A DNA stretch of 64,000 nt from Nemertoderma westbladi (Eukaryota; Animalia; Xenacoelomorpha): the NCBI GenBank assembly GCA_032718475.1, contig JAUCBJ010007331.1, positions 1-64,000 on the forward strand, in the 5' to 3' direction. Within the stretch, counting starts at the first letter, position 1; the number at the start of each line of letters is the position of its first letter. A model generated the notes under the pieces. The model was not told the DNA's origin and searched no databases. It was given only the letters and a program-made list of their open reading frames with translations. Of the stretch, positions 63,277 to 64,000 are shown one piece after another. The translations under genes and the position numbers were made by a program.

Positions 63277-64000
63277 TTTAAGTCACTCTCTCTGCTATAT
63301 TAACTGCTATATTTAAGTCACTCCCTCTGCTATATTAACTGCTATATTTAAGTCACTCTCTCTGCTATATTAACTGATATATTTAAGTCACTCCCTCTGC
63401 TATATTAACTGCTATATTTAAGTCACTCTCTCTGCTATATTAACTGCCATATTTAAGTCACTCTCTCTGCTATATTAACTGCTGTATTTAAGTCACTCTC
63501 TCAGCTATATTACCGACATATTTAAGTCACTCTCTCAGCTATATTACCTGACATATTTAAGTCACTCTCTCAGCTATATTACCGACATATTTAAGTCACT
63601 CTCTCAACTATATTACCGACATATTTAAGTCACTCTCTCGGCTATATTACCGACATATTTAAGTCACTCTCTCAGCTATATTACCTGACATATTTAAGTC
63701 ACTCTCTCAGCTATATTACATGACATATTTAAGTCACTCTCTCTGCTATATTAACTGCTATATTTAAGTCACTCTCTCAGCTATATTACATGACATATTT
63801 AAGTCACTCTCTCGGCTATATTACCGACATATTTAAGTCACTCTCTCAGCTATATTACCTGATATATTTAAGTCACTCTCTCAGCTATATTACATGACAT
63901 ATTTAAGTCAGTCTCTCGGCTATATTACCGACATATTTAAGTCACTCTCTCAGCTATATTACCTGACATATTTAAGTCAGTCTCTCGGCTATATTACCGA
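63277..64000. repeat. 34/35-bp tandem repeat running off the window end
   Basis: Unit TTTAAGTCACTCTCTCWGCTATATTA(C)CYGACATA and variants. Confidence 0.95.

Overview
AT-rich, repeat-dense eukaryotic DNA, most consistent with an invertebrate animal genome (RTE and CR1-like LINEs, DNA transposons with readable TSDs, a spliced gene, C2H2 zinc fingers). No rRNA, tRNA or CRISPR array was recognised. The main feature is a cluster of three intronless minus-strand genes (32118-35762, 49229-50566, 60037-62175). Each encodes a type I membrane protein: signal peptide, one cysteine-free YWTD (LDLR class B) beta-propeller, a Thr/Pro mucin stalk of different length, a TM helix and an unrelated cytoplasmic tail. 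Their propellers are sequence mosaics of one another, and two truncated propeller copies sit in a ~3.1 kb tandem duplication at 8-14 kb. The same region holds a two-exon secreted 6-Cys prepropeptide gene (38861-39678) and a single-exon 10-Cys Ly6/uPAR-like GPI-type gene (47350-48030). The rest comprises a disabled C2H2 zinc-finger gene, two large satellites (43 bp and 46 bp units), several minisatellites, MULE-, hAT-, piggyBac- and Tc1/mariner-type non-autonomous elements, and RTE copies. The very long ORFs at 3.2-7.9 kb are satellite artefacts. All alignments and counts were done by eye.
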